Shown piece after piece: positions 39,238 to 49,371 of a stretch of DNA of 59,818 nt. Location: positions 1-59,818 of the IMG/VR virus record IMGVR_UViG_3300020400_000007; one strand, 5' to 3'. The DNA is from a virus (lineage: Duplodnaviria; Caudoviricetes). How positions within the stretch are numbered: position 1 is the stretch's first letter; each line of letters begins with the position of its first letter. Under the pieces are notes generated by a model. It made no database searches. It had not been told where the DNA came from and saw only the letters and a list, made by a program, of their open reading frames with translations. The translations under genes and the position numbers were made by a program.

Positions 39238-40803
39238 CTATGCGGAAAACTCCTTTTTAAACACATCTGGAGTCGTTGGTGTTGGCAACGGATTTGTTAC
39301 AGTTGTTACTAAATCTCTATCAGTAACAGCAATCTTAAATGCCAACGGATTTAAATTTTCATGATGGTTCCAAGGTTCAGCTTGTGGCGACCTTTGTGAA
39401 AGAATACCAAGGGTCGTATGACCCGGTACGCGGTGCGTAGACAGAGCGGACGCGACAGCGGCCGTAGCCGCCTGCGGTCCATTCATATGGATTTCGGAAG
39501 CGGTTTCTGTATGGTTGCCTCCGCTGAGTATATCAGTTGTGGATCCAGCAGTGAGTTTGTTTGCTCCGCCTGTGTTAACATCAAAGTCTGAGGTTGTTGT
39601 GATCTTTGTGCTACCGCCTACCAATATGTTCGTGTTCTTGCTTGATTCTATCTGCACCCTGCCCTTGTTGATCTTGTCGCCAACATAATTGCCTGATGCT
39701 TTGATGCTGAGATTGGCACCTGCTTCTATTGTGATGTTTCTGTCTGCGGTAAAATTAAAATCATTTTTTGTGTGCATACTGATTGAATCTTCTGCAAATA
39801 TATCAATCTTGCCATCTGAAGTTAATTCTATCCAAGCAGTTCCTCTGCTGTTGCCAATGTATATTAGGTCTTCTGTGTTGTGCAACAGTATTTGGTGTCC
39901 TGTACGTGTACGCAAACGCACCAACTCGTTGTGTGGTCTTGTGACATCACCATCTGTTTCTCCCAGGTTAACATTTGCATAATCTGGTGATTCTTCACTT
40001 GGAGATTTTTTTCTTAAAAATTTATCGTTACCATCATCAAAGACCAAACTGGTTCCGCCCAATCTTGCTTTGAATATGTTGTTGAAGTTTTCATTTGTTC
40101 CTACTCTGACCTTGGGTGATCCTGATGTTTTGTCAATAGGTCCTGGAGTTGATAATCCAAACACAGCACTAGGAACTTCACGCCTTGCACTTGAACTGGT
40201 AATACCACGTGTTTCATCTTCCAACAATCCTTGTGATTGCAACATTTCTGTGATTAATTTTTGATAAGGCTTTTTAAATTTTGTTGGATCAATGCCAGTG
40301 CCTGTTTCAATTTGTTTGTTGTATTCAGTGACTGGTAGCTTTTTGCCCTTGAGATCGTCTGGTGTGCCGTCAGTGGTAAACGTTGATGCCGCATGATCCG
40401 GAACTGAATGGTTCATGAACTTGTCGTTCACACAACCTAACCAGTAACACAGATTAGGATTTCCTTCTGCAAAAATTACCAACACCTTGGTGCCCACATC
40501 AGGTGGCACAAACCACATACCATAACTTTGTTGACCGTCCTTGTATGTGTCATTCTTGGTGCTACCAAATGATGGAGTCTGTCCAGCAAAAGGTGATAGG
40601 TATCTTGCGATGTAAACCTGTCCTTCAGCAAACGCAACGTTACCGCTGGTATTTGTTTTAAGCAGTTGTACTGTCAATGCACCTTGATACTCTGGATCAA
40701 GATTGTTTATTACCCTTGCTTCATACGGTCCAGGTTTTGCAACAGGATTGGTAAACTTGGAATTCCTATCTATGTTGGTATTCTTTTGTGGTAAATCAGA
40801 CAT
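39238..40803 (-). CDS. gp5: Baseplate central spike, gp5/VgrG-like
   Basis: OB-fold GMWFVPPDVGTKVLVIF, RTRTGHQILLH, beta-helix repeats, IHMNGP; no lysozyme domain apparent. Confidence 0.85.
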   Translation of the reverse strand: MSDLPQKNTNIDRNSKFTNPVAKPGPYEARVINNLDPEYQGALTVQLLKTNTSGNVAFAEGQVYIARYLSPFAGQTPSFGSTKNDTYKDGQQSYGMWFVPPDVGTKVLVIFAEGNPNLCYWLGCVNDKFMNHSVPDHAASTFTTDGTPDDLKGKKLPVTEYNKQIETGTGIDPTKFKKPYQKLITEMLQSQGLLEDETRGITSSSARREVPSAVFGLSTPGPIDKTSGSPKVRVGTNENFNNIFKARLGGTSLVFDDGNDKFLRKKSPSEESPDYANVNLGETDGDVTRPHNELVRLRTRTGHQILLHNTEDLIYIGNSRGTAWIELTSDGKIDIFAEDSISMHTKNDFNFTADRNITIEAGANLSIKASGNYVGDKINKGRVQIESSKNTNILVGGSTKITTTSDFDVNTGGANKLTAGSTTDILSGGNHTETASEIHMNGPQAATAAVASALSTHRVPGHTTLGILSQRSPQAEPWNHHENLNPLAFKIAVTDRDLVTTVTNPLPTPTTPDVFKKEFSA

Positions 40804-43358
40804 TACGTTATAGTTCCCCCTGATAGAAATACAGGTTTGGTGCTGGAACCACCTTCGTTGACGTCACCTGGTTTGTTGTTTTCCTTTGTAGAATCCTTTT
40901 GCTCCAAGCCACCTTGGTTGTCTGCTGAGTCAGGTTGATCATTGCGGTCTTCACCTGTTTGATTGATCTGTCTAAGTATCTCAAGTGTCTGCGTAAACTG
41001 TCCTTCACTAAAATCATGTTCTACTTTAGTTACCCTATACAAGCCACTGAATTGGGGAACTTTGGCTGATGCTTCTCCTACCATACCACCCTCCAACAAT
41101 CCTCTGTTGCTGTAATCATAAGGTGTTCTAAAGTTCAACTGTATGTAAACAAAACTTCGCACGTAATCCATTGTGCCGTCCTTGTCATTGAACATTATTG
41201 CACTGGCTTCTGATTGGTAGTTGCCCATGCCACTGTCAGAAAGGAACCAAGGATCTCCCATTATCTTAAGTCTACATCTAACCAAATCTACATTTGAATT
41301 GATCAATGCTTGATGAAATTCCCTAGCAATGATGTCCTTGGTTGATGCATCAGTGCCACGCATACCAGTTGTGATCATAGGTATGTCACTGTCCTGTACA
41401 CTCTTGATAGGAAATACTCTTTCTTCTGCTGTTTCTTCCTTACCGTCTTTTTGTGCCAACGTGGTTGACTCTGCATTTTGATTGTTGGTTGCACTATTAC
41501 CATCACCTTCCTGTTGGTCTGGAGTATCCTTACCTTTGGTTAATGGCACGTTTGTTAAAAATCTTGTGTTGTATCTTATATCAAATTCTAAAACGTCTTT
41601 GTTTCTTCCTGTGTACAAATAATTGTAAACCTTGGACAGCTCTCTGCGTATTTTTGTTGTTCCTTTTGATGTTGTTGTCGGTGATTGCCAAATACTGCTA
41701 TGCACCTTGAAAGGTATTACTTGGAACACATATATTCTAGGCTGTCTACCTTTTTTATTTGCAGTTGATTCAATTGGCACCATGTACATCTTTGTTTGTA
41801 TGGTAAACCAATCTCTAAATCCTGCATCATCGGTTGGTCTATTTGTTACACCTTTGCCCCATTCACTGGACACAACCATTTCTTCAATGATTTGATTTAC
41901 CTTTGTACCTTTTTCAAACTTGAATGCTCTCTTATCTTGTGGTATTGTAATTGCACCTTGTTCAAATACATTTTTTTCAGCATCGTAACTTGCAAAGTAG
42001 TTGCCTGGACGCACTCCGCCTTTGCCTAATTTGTCTGAAAGCAATAATCCTTTGCCTATTTCATTTATGTTTTCTTGTTTAAGTGTGTTTGCCTTTAGGG
42101 CATCTGATGTTTTAGATCTTTTAACAGCAAAACCTGTTACGTTTTTGACCCATGTTTCATAGTCTACTTCTCTGACACTTGTTGTTTCGCCATATCGTGA
42201 TGCATATTCTTTTTCAGGATCATAAGTTGCTTGTCCTTCTGCTTCTCCTGAAATGTCACCCCTAAATTTTTTACTTGCAAGATCTTTTGCTTTAGGAAAT
42301 AATATAATGTATTCGTCTGAAAATGTTCCTTCTTCTTTTGATTCTCTTGCCAACAATGCACTATTAATAACTCTTGTCAAACTTTGTGATCCACTTTGTA
42401 ACGCTTCTTCAACAGTACCGCCAATAATCGTAATATCTTGTTTGATAGTTTGTACTGAGTCAGCATTGGTTCCCATTGATGTTGATATTGCAGGACATTC
42501 GTAAACTGTACCACCTTGGTCAACTGTCATGTTTGATTGACTCAACAATATAGGAAAGAATCTTTTGCCAGCTCTTTCAATTCTGTCATCATCTGTGTGT
42601 CCTATAAATTCACACATCAAACAGAAAGGTGCTCCAATGTAACTTGGATATCCTGCCTGCATGGCCGCTATTTGGATCAGTTCTAAAAACTGCCCCATAC
42701 TGTAAGGCTCTTTGACTGTAAAATTAAAATTATGTACAGGTGGCATTCTAGTAGGTCCACTTGATCCTATAACGGATTTAATGTTTACATCTTCAATATA
42801 ATATTCTACTTTTCCGCCTTGCCTTTCTAATCTTGTTTTAGGACGTCTTTCACTTTGATAATTTTGTATTCCACCAGCACCTCTGATAACAACTGTTTGT
42901 GGTTCACTTGTCATGTAGGTGTTGTCTGGATCTTCCATTTCTTTGTGATTCAATACAAACATTGACCATACCGTGTTGAAAGATCTGTATTTGTGCAACA
43001 CGTTTGGTTGCAAATTAACATTGTCAGGTTTGTAATCTCTGTTTTTAAAATAACTGTTTTCGTAGTCTATAGGATCTAGTTCTATGTCTTGATCGGCTCC
43101 AGTCTTGACAGTTTTCTTTTGTATGAAATCAGAATTGGGTTTTGACTCTCCTGCAAAATTTGTAGCACTATTGTTAATGACATCAACATTAACAGTTGCT
43201 GATCCGCCTAATTCTTCTGTTTGAAATATTTCGTTTTTGGTTACGTCTAGTGCCTCGTTCATGACACTACCAATTGACTGTCCAGAATTTAGTTTACGTT
43301 CTATTTCGCTTTCTAACTTACCGGCTCTATCTAGGTCAACTATAATTCTAGTACTCAT
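40803..43358 (-). CDS. Baseplate hub protein (gp27/gpD-like)
   Basis: LKIMGDPW and FSGLYRVTKVEHDFSEGQFTQTLEILR C-terminal motifs; sits between gp53 and gp5. Confidence 0.7.
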   Translation of the reverse strand: MSTRIIVDLDRAGKLESEIERKLNSGQSIGSVMNEALDVTKNEIFQTEELGGSATVNVDVINNSATNFAGESKPNSDFIQKKTVKTGADQDIELDPIDYENSYFKNRDYKPDNVNLQPNVLHKYRSFNTVWSMFVLNHKEMEDPDNTYMTSEPQTVVIRGAGGIQNYQSERRPKTRLERQGGKVEYYIEDVNIKSVIGSSGPTRMPPVHNFNFTVKEPYSMGQFLELIQIAAMQAGYPSYIGAPFCLMCEFIGHTDDDRIERAGKRFFPILLSQSNMTVDQGGTVYECPAISTSMGTNADSVQTIKQDITIIGGTVEEALQSGSQSLTRVINSALLARESKEEGTFSDEYIILFPKAKDLASKKFRGDISGEAEGQATYDPEKEYASRYGETTSVREVDYETWVKNVTGFAVKRSKTSDALKANTLKQENINEIGKGLLLSDKLGKGGVRPGNYFASYDAEKNVFEQGAITIPQDKRAFKFEKGTKVNQIIEEMVVSSEWGKGVTNRPTDDAGFRDWFTIQTKMYMVPIESTANKKGRQPRIYVFQVIPFKVHSSIWQSPTTTSKGTTKIRRELSKVYNYLYTGRNKDVLEFDIRYNTRFLTNVPLTKGKDTPDQQEGDGNSATNNQNAESTTLAQKDGKEETAEERVFPIKSVQDSDIPMITTGMRGTDASTKDIIAREFHQALINSNVDLVRCRLKIMGDPWFLSDSGMGNYQSEASAIMFNDKDGTMDYVRSFVYIQLNFRTPYDYSNRGLLEGGMVGEASAKVPQFSGLYRVTKVEHDFSEGQFTQTLEILRQINQTGEDRNDQPDSADNQGGLEQKDSTKENNKPGDVNEGGSSTKPVFLSGGTIT

Positions 43359-43361
43359 AGT

Positions 43362-43667
43362 CTATACTCCTAGTATATCTTTTAATGTAGCCCCTTTTGG
43401 AACATAAATTTTAGATCCTGATTTAAAATCATATATTGGATCTTCCATTGTGTCCATGTTACGTTGACAGAAAACCCACCATAGGTTTGGATTGCCATAG
43501 ATGTCATAAGCAAACAAGTCTGGACGTTGATGATACTGAGGTTCTATTTGATACACCACATCATCACTTCCGGCAGGTACCGGTCTAATTCTAAAATTGC
43601 TTAGATATTCCTTTGTATCGTTGTAGGGTGTTCTGAAGTAAGGACTTGATTGACTGTAAGTAGGCAT
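43362..43667 (-). CDS. gp53: Baseplate wedge gp53-like LysM protein
   Basis: RPDLFAYDIYGNPNLWWVF..RN..DPIYDF..G.KIYVP. Confidence 0.85.
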   Translation of the reverse strand: MPTYSQSSPYFRTPYNDTKEYLSNFRIRPVPAGSDDVVYQIEPQYHQRPDLFAYDIYGNPNLWWVFCQRNMDTMEDPIYDFKSGSKIYVPKGATLKDILGV

Positions 43668-44632
43668 TAAATAAATCCTCCACCTTCAGATATGTATCCA
43701 CCGTTCACATATTTGTTTAAGCTGAACTGTGCAATTTCGTTTCTTGAGTAAACTGGTTGTACAGTTACAGTAATCAAAGATTGTGTAGGTGCCCAACCTG
43801 TCATTAGTTTTCCACCTGTTGCATAAGTTTCTGTGTATCTTCCTTGTGGCCCAACTGGTCTTGTTTGATTCTGTCCTGTTTGAAATCCTGTTGCTATGTA
43901 ATCAACATCTTGTGGTAAGTCTGTTGTAAACTGTGTTACTATTACAGGCACATTGTTGAATATGTGATCACCATATCCATTTAGTTTTGCCACAGGCGGT
44001 GGAGCACCAATTGTAGTTGCTTCGCCACCAAAGTACATTTTTGACATACTTCTTAAGTAATGAAGTGCCGCCACCCAATATTGTGCTTCTAATCCATTCT
44101 GTACAAAAAAGTCACCTGTTATAACCAACTGATCCACTTGTGAGTTTTGATAAGCATAATAAGGATAATTAGTATGTGTAGGTGCAATAGCATTGTAGTT
44201 CGCACTATGCGACACAATTATTGAAGGTGTATATGGAAAACACAAACCGCCAGTCTGTCTTAAAGGTTGTAACAAGGCAGATGACTTAAATGGCTCAACA
44301 TCAGGAATACTTAATTTGACTCTCCAATCTTGTTCAGTTGATTTTTTGAAACCTGCTGGTGCGGATTCTTTAACACGTTTAACACCGCTTATTCCATCTA
44401 CAGGAGCATTTTTACTTCGTATGCTTTTTGCTAAATTTTTAGGATCCATAAAGTCCCTAACACCTTGTGGGACTTTAAACTTACTGCCAAAAAAACTACT
44501 GCCTGTAGGATCAGAACCGTCAACTGGATTTGACTTTGATATATCAAATTCATTGGCACGTTCCGCATCTGTGAAACCATCAGCTCGAACAATATTTCTG
44601 TTTGATATGATTCCGTTTCTAAATGTAGTCAT
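43667..44632 (-). CDS. Baseplate tail-tube cap/initiator (gp48/gp54-like)
   Basis: FPYTPSI, GAPPPVAKLNGYG, NVPVIVTQF; first gene of the baseplate operon. Confidence 0.7.
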   Translation of the reverse strand: MTTFRNGIISNRNIVRADGFTDAERANEFDISKSNPVDGSDPTGSSFFGSKFKVPQGVRDFMDPKNLAKSIRSKNAPVDGISGVKRVKESAPAGFKKSTEQDWRVKLSIPDVEPFKSSALLQPLRQTGGLCFPYTPSIIVSHSANYNAIAPTHTNYPYYAYQNSQVDQLVITGDFFVQNGLEAQYWVAALHYLRSMSKMYFGGEATTIGAPPPVAKLNGYGDHIFNNVPVIVTQFTTDLPQDVDYIATGFQTGQNQTRPVGPQGRYTETYATGGKLMTGWAPTQSLITVTVQPVYSRNEIAQFSLNKYVNGGYISEGGGFI

Positions 44633-44652
44633 TTTGGCTAACTCCTTACATA

Positions 44653-44679
44653 TATTTAGTTGACAAAGTTAAGTACGTA
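44653..44679 (-). promoter_or_regulatory. Bipartite late promoter for the baseplate operon
   Basis: Minus strand TACGTACTTAA-N10-TAAATA. Confidence 0.65.
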
Positions 44680-44688
44680 GTTTATAAT
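44660..44688 (+). promoter_or_regulatory. Consensus sigma70 promoter driving gp55-gp47-gp46
   Basis: TTGACA (44660-44665), 17 nt, TATAAT (44683-44688); perfect consensus. Confidence 0.85.
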
Positions 44689-44744
44689 AATATTTATTTG
44701 CTTAAGACATCCCCGTCTATAACTCGGAAAGTTTGGAGAATAAC

Positions 44745-45575
44745 ATGAAGAGAATTAATTATCTCAATAATAGAGATATACTGGCGGAGATACATAAGTC
44801 AAAAAACACGTTTTGTAGTTATACAGACGATGATTTCGCCCAATATGATATAATTTTACCTAGTATTGAAAAGGTTAACATAAGAACCATAGCAGATGCC
44901 AAAAGAAGCCGTGCAAAACGCATGAGTTTGGCGGATTATGAGAAAAGAAAAGCAGATGGTGAACGTGTCAAGCAGGCAGATTGCGCCGTAGACTACAGAA
45001 AAATAGCAAAAACTGACGTTGTTTTCCGAATTATGACCTATGATCATATTCCAGAAGAAAAAGGTAGAAAGAAAAATCCTAAAAACGTAGCAGACACAAA
45101 GACAAAATTAAACTTTCCCCCATTCCAACATTACAAGTTTGATGACAACGACAAGTTGGTGTGTGTAGGCAAAAGCCATTGGGAAGGCGGAATGGAGAAC
45201 GGCAGTTTCAACAAGGCTCACGGCATGGCAACCAACAAACTTGCTATGATGTGGATGAAACTATGTGAACGATATGCAACAAGAGGTAATGTAAGAGGTT
45301 ATACTTACAACGATGAAATGAAAGGACAAGCTATTCTACAACTTACACAGATTGGTTTGCAATTTGATGAATCAAAGTCAAACAATCCTTTTGCATATTA
45401 CACAGCCGCAGTGACTAATTCGTTTGTAAGAATTATTAATATTGAAAAACGTAACCAGAACATACGTGATGACATATTAGAAATGAATCACATGAATCCA
45501 TCTTTTACAAGACAGAACCAAGGTGTTTGGGAACGTCAAGCAAAAGAGGCATACAACGAGGACAAAAAAGATTAA
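44745..45575 (+). CDS. gp55: Late-transcription sigma factor, T4 gp55-like
   Basis: NYLNNRDIL, GYTYNDEM, FDESKSNNPFAYYT..SFVRIINIEK; ATG 44745 with GGAG RBS; synteny with gp47/gp46. Confidence 0.88.
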   Translation: MKRINYLNNRDILAEIHKSKNTFCSYTDDDFAQYDIILPSIEKVNIRTIADAKRSRAKRMSLADYEKRKADGERVKQADCAVDYRKIAKTDVVFRIMTYDHIPEEKGRKKNPKNVADTKTKLNFPPFQHYKFDDNDKLVCVGKSHWEGGMENGSFNKAHGMATNKLAMMWMKLCERYATRGNVRGYTYNDEMKGQAILQLTQIGLQFDESKSNNPFAYYTAAVTNSFVRIINIEKRNQNIRDDILEMNHMNPSFTRQNQGVWERQAKEAYNEDKKD

Positions 45576-46591
45576 TGTTTAAGAAAGCGGCAGTATTTAC
45601 AGACATTCACTTTGGACTGAAGTCTAATTCTAAGGTCCATAATGATGACTGTGAAGAATTTGTTGATTGGTATATAGAACAAGCAAAAGAAAACGGTTGC
45701 GAAACTGGTATCTTCTGTGGTGACTGGCATCACAATAGAAACAGTTTAAATATGCTCACCATGGACGCAACCATAAGAAGTCTTGAAAAACTTGGAAAAG
45801 CATTTGAAAAGTTTTACTTCTTTCCTGGCAACCACGACTTGTATTACAAAGACAAGAGAGATATCAACTCAATTGACTTTGCAAGGCATATCCCAGGCAT
45901 CACTATGGTCAATGAGATGATGACCGAAGGCGATGTTACTTTAATCCCATGGCTAGTTGGCGATGAATGGAAGAAAATTCCTAAAATAAAAAGCAAATAC
46001 ATATTTGGACACTTCGAACTTCCAAACTTTTATATGAATGCTATGGTTCAGATGCCTGACACAGGCGAACTACAAGCTGATCATTTTAAAAATCAAGAAT
46101 ACGTGTTCAGTGGACACTTCCATAAACGCCAAGTCAAGGGACCTATTCATTACATTGGTAACGCATTGCCACACAATTACGCTGATGCCTGGGATGATGA
46201 ACGTGGTATGATGGTGTTGGAACATGGTGGAGAACCACAATACATCAACTGGTGGAACTGTCCTAAGTATAGAACTGTGAAACTATCAAGACTGCTTGAT
46301 GAAAAAGAAACATTGTTAAAAAGCAAGATGTATTTGAGAGTAACACTTGACTTGCCTATTAGTTATGAAGAAGCAAACTTTATAAAAGAAACATTTATCA
46401 ATCAATACAAGTGTAGAGAGATATCACTAATACCAAATACACAGGAAGAAGAAATTAATTCAGACATAGACATTACAAAATTTGAAAGTGTTGATGAAAT
46501 AGTGGCAAAAGAAATAGAAGCAATAGAGTCAGAACAGTTTAACAAAAGCAAACTGCTACAGATATACAGAGATTTGAACAAAGATGATTAG
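45575..46591 (+). CDS. gp47: Recombination endonuclease subunit, Mre11/SbcD-like
   Basis: DIHFG, GDWHH, GNHD, GHFE, SGHFH phosphoesterase motifs; ATG 45575 overlaps the gp55 stop. Confidence 0.93.
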   Translation: MFKKAAVFTDIHFGLKSNSKVHNDDCEEFVDWYIEQAKENGCETGIFCGDWHHNRNSLNMLTMDATIRSLEKLGKAFEKFYFFPGNHDLYYKDKRDINSIDFARHIPGITMVNEMMTEGDVTLIPWLVGDEWKKIPKIKSKYIFGHFELPNFYMNAMVQMPDTGELQADHFKNQEYVFSGHFHKRQVKGPIHYIGNALPHNYADAWDDERGMMVLEHGGEPQYINWWNCPKYRTVKLSRLLDEKETLLKSKMYLRVTLDLPISYEEANFIKETFINQYKCREISLIPNTQEEEINSDIDITKFESVDEIVAKEIEAIESEQFNKSKLLQIYRDLNKDD

Positions 46592-48356
46592 AATACAGGA
46601 CTTAACAGTTAAGAATTTTATGAGTGTAGGTAACACTACACAGGCAGTCGACTTCAACAAGCAACAACTTACATTGGTGTTAGGTGAGAACTTGGACCAA
46701 GGTGGTGATGACAGTGGGTCAAGAAACGGTACAGGTAAGACCACAATCATCAATGCACTGAGTTATGCGTTATATGGACAGGCACTAACCAACATAAGAC
46801 GTGATAACTTGGTCAATAAAACAAACAACAAAGGTATGTTGGTGACACTTGCCTTTCAAAAAGGTGGTAAAGAATACAGAATAGAAAGAGGACGTAAACC
46901 TAACACACTTAAATTTTACATAGATCAGAAAGAACAAGAACTTACAGATGAAAGTCAAGGTGATTCACGTAAAACGCAAGAGGATATTAATGACTTGTTA
47001 GGTATGAGTCATGATATGTTCAAGCATATTGTGGCACTTAACACTTACACAGAGCCTTTCTTAGCACTAAAGCCCAATGATCAACGTGCTATAATAGAAC
47101 AACTACTTGGTATTACAATACTTTCTGAAAAAGCTGACTTGTTAAGAGAAGCAACAAAGATTACCAGAGATAGACTCACTGAAGAAAACGCAAAAATACA
47201 AGCAATCACAAACAGCAACGATAAGATCAAAGAAAACATTGACAGATTGCACAGCAGGAAGAAGGCTTGGATTGCACAAAACAAACAAGACAGAGATAAA
47301 CTAGACAAAGCCATACGTGAACTTGAACAACTTGACATTGACAGTGAACTTGAAGATCATGAAAAACTAAAAACATGGACTGAAGATAGCAAACATCTTG
47401 CAAACTTAACAAAAGAACGTGCTACTGTTGAACGTGCATTAGAACAAGCAGATAATAACGTAAACAAACTAGGTAAAGAGCTTGATGAACTTGAAACTGC
47501 CAAGTGTTATGCTTGTGGACAAGAACTGCACGATGACAAACTTGAAGAAATGAAGGACAAGTTACAAAAGGATTATGGTGATGCAACTGTCTATCAATTA
47601 AGCATGGCAGAAAAAATGCAAAAAGTTGAAAAACTAATTGAGGAAATTGGCACATTAGATTCTAAGCCAAACACATTTTATGAAACTGCCAAAGAAGCAT
47701 ATCAACACAGAAGTAATGTTGACAGTTTGAAACAAAGTCTCAAAGATAAAACAGATGAACTGGATCCATACTCCGAACAAATTGATGATTTAGAAAAAAC
47801 TGCAATACAAGAAATCAATTGGGACACAGTTAACGAACTTACTGATACAAAAGAACATCAAGACTTCTTGTATAAACTATTAACCAACAAAGATTCGTTT
47901 ATTAGAAAGAAAATTATTGATCAAAATCTTGCATACTTGAATAATAGACTTACACATTATTTGGATAGGCTACAACTGCCACACTCTGTTGTGTTTAAAA
48001 ATGACTTATCTGTAGAAATTACACAGCTAGGACAGGATTTAGACTTTGACAACTTATCAAGAGGTGAAAGAAACAGACTTATACTAGGATTAAGTTGGGC
48101 ATTTAGAGATGTATGGGAAAGTTTATATCAAAACATCAATTTACTGTTTATTGATGAGCTTGTTGATAGTGGTATGGATGCAAATGGTGTAGAAAATGCC
48201 ATTGGTGTATTGAAGAAAATGGGTAGAGAACGACAGAAGAACATTTATCTGATATCGCACAAAGAAGAATTAGCAAGTCGTGTTACAAACGTGTTGAAAG
48301 TAATCAAAGAAAATGGATTTACTTCATATGATAATGATGTAGAGGTAATGACATAA
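46584..48356 (+). CDS. gp46: Recombination ATPase, Rad50/SbcC-like
   Basis: Walker A NGTGKT, coiled coil with zinc hook CYAC, signature LSRGE, Walker B LFIDE, ISH. Confidence 0.95.
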   Translation: MIRIQDLTVKNFMSVGNTTQAVDFNKQQLTLVLGENLDQGGDDSGSRNGTGKTTIINALSYALYGQALTNIRRDNLVNKTNNKGMLVTLAFQKGGKEYRIERGRKPNTLKFYIDQKEQELTDESQGDSRKTQEDINDLLGMSHDMFKHIVALNTYTEPFLALKPNDQRAIIEQLLGITILSEKADLLREATKITRDRLTEENAKIQAITNSNDKIKENIDRLHSRKKAWIAQNKQDRDKLDKAIRELEQLDIDSELEDHEKLKTWTEDSKHLANLTKERATVERALEQADNNVNKLGKELDELETAKCYACGQELHDDKLEEMKDKLQKDYGDATVYQLSMAEKMQKVEKLIEEIGTLDSKPNTFYETAKEAYQHRSNVDSLKQSLKDKTDELDPYSEQIDDLEKTAIQEINWDTVNELTDTKEHQDFLYKLLTNKDSFIRKKIIDQNLAYLNNRLTHYLDRLQLPHSVVFKNDLSVEITQLGQDLDFDNLSRGERNRLILGLSWAFRDVWESLYQNINLLFIDELVDSGMDANGVENAIGVLKKMGRERQKNIYLISHKEELASRVTNVLKVIKENGFTSYDNDVEVMT

Positions 48357-48556
48357 TGGATGATACACACGACAAACTAACAAAAGCATATCTTGAGTAT
48401 TACAAAGCCAACGAAGCATGGGAAATACGCAAGAGTGAACGCACAAAACGTTCAGCAAGAAAATGGTTGAGTGAAATACGTAGCTTGGCCACAAACCGCA
48501 GAAAAGAAATAATAGAAGAATACAAAGCCAAAAAAGACGATCCAGAAAAAGATTAA
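48356..48556 (+). CDS. Small basic helical protein (Hc1/histone-H1-like N-domain resemblance)
   Basis: SARKWLSEIRSLATNRRKEI motif; coupled to gp46 (TAATG). Confidence 0.55.
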   Translation: MDDTHDKLTKAYLEYYKANEAWEIRKSERTKRSARKWLSEIRSLATNRRKEIIEEYKAKKDDPEKD

Positions 48557-48573
48557 GAGTAAGTATCTTAATA

Positions 48574-48996
48574 ATGCACTGGACATATCAAGACAAAATC
48601 GTAGAATCATTACCTGAAGACTGTGAAGCATTTGTGTATCTTATCACAAATACAACCAATGGTATGAAATATGTCGGTAAAAAACTAGCAAAATTCAGAA
48701 AGACAAGGCCACCTCTTAAAGGCAAGATAAACAAACGTAGAAGCAAAGTTGAAAGTGACTGGAGAGACTACTGGGGATCATCAGATCACTTGCAATCAGA
48801 CGTAGAAAAATTAGGCACAGATAAATTTACCAGAGAAATATTACATTATTGTCCAAGCAGAGGCGTAGCAAGTTATCTAGAGGCTAGGGAACAGTTTGAA
48901 CGCAGAGTGTTAGAAACAGATGAATACTACAATGGCATTATAAACGTGAGAGTAGGCGGATCTAAATTACTTAAAGAAGCACTCAAAGGCAAATAA
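48574..48996 (+). CDS. Minimal GIY-YIG-family nuclease (catalytic domain only)
   Basis: FVYLITN..GMKYVGKK, YWGSS, FTREIL, YLEAREQ, YYN; only 140 aa. Confidence 0.75.
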   Translation: MHWTYQDKIVESLPEDCEAFVYLITNTTNGMKYVGKKLAKFRKTRPPLKGKINKRRSKVESDWRDYWGSSDHLQSDVEKLGTDKFTREILHYCPSRGVASYLEAREQFERRVLETDEYYNGIINVRVGGSKLLKEALKGK

Positions 48997-48999
48997 CAA

Positions 49000-49360
49000 A
49001 TTCTATATAGCAACATTGTTTGGTCGGGATAGCTCGACTCACCTTGAGGTCATACGGATCTTATGACTAGAACTGGTGCGTTGCAAGGTTAATACTAACT
49101 TAGGTATTAAAAGATCGTGGCTCTGAGAAAAAGCAACCACAACGTTAACACATTTTGCTTAACTAGGGTGTGTTAGTGTTCCGTAACTTATGCGAAGGCT
49201 GAAGTAGGGGGTTGACGGGTTACCGCCTCCACGCAGAAATGCAATCTTCTTAGTTAAGATGGTAAGCTCATCTTACATGATGGCAACATATCTTTGCCCG
49301 GAGACGGGCGAAGTATGGCTCAACTATCTACATGATAGCAGTTGCTTCGCAACTTATCAT
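49000..49360 (+). ncRNA. Putative large structured non-coding RNA of unknown family
   Basis: No credible ORF, raised GC and >=10 consecutive helices. G-U wobble pairs work only on the + strand. GNRA tetraloops (GAAA, GAGA) and a potential pseudoknot are present. Ends are approximate. Confidence 0.7.
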
Positions 49361-49371
49361 ATACAATATAA

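Noticed and set aside
49266-49340. Mini CRISPR array
   Set aside because: Only two short imperfect repeats and no cas genes in the window
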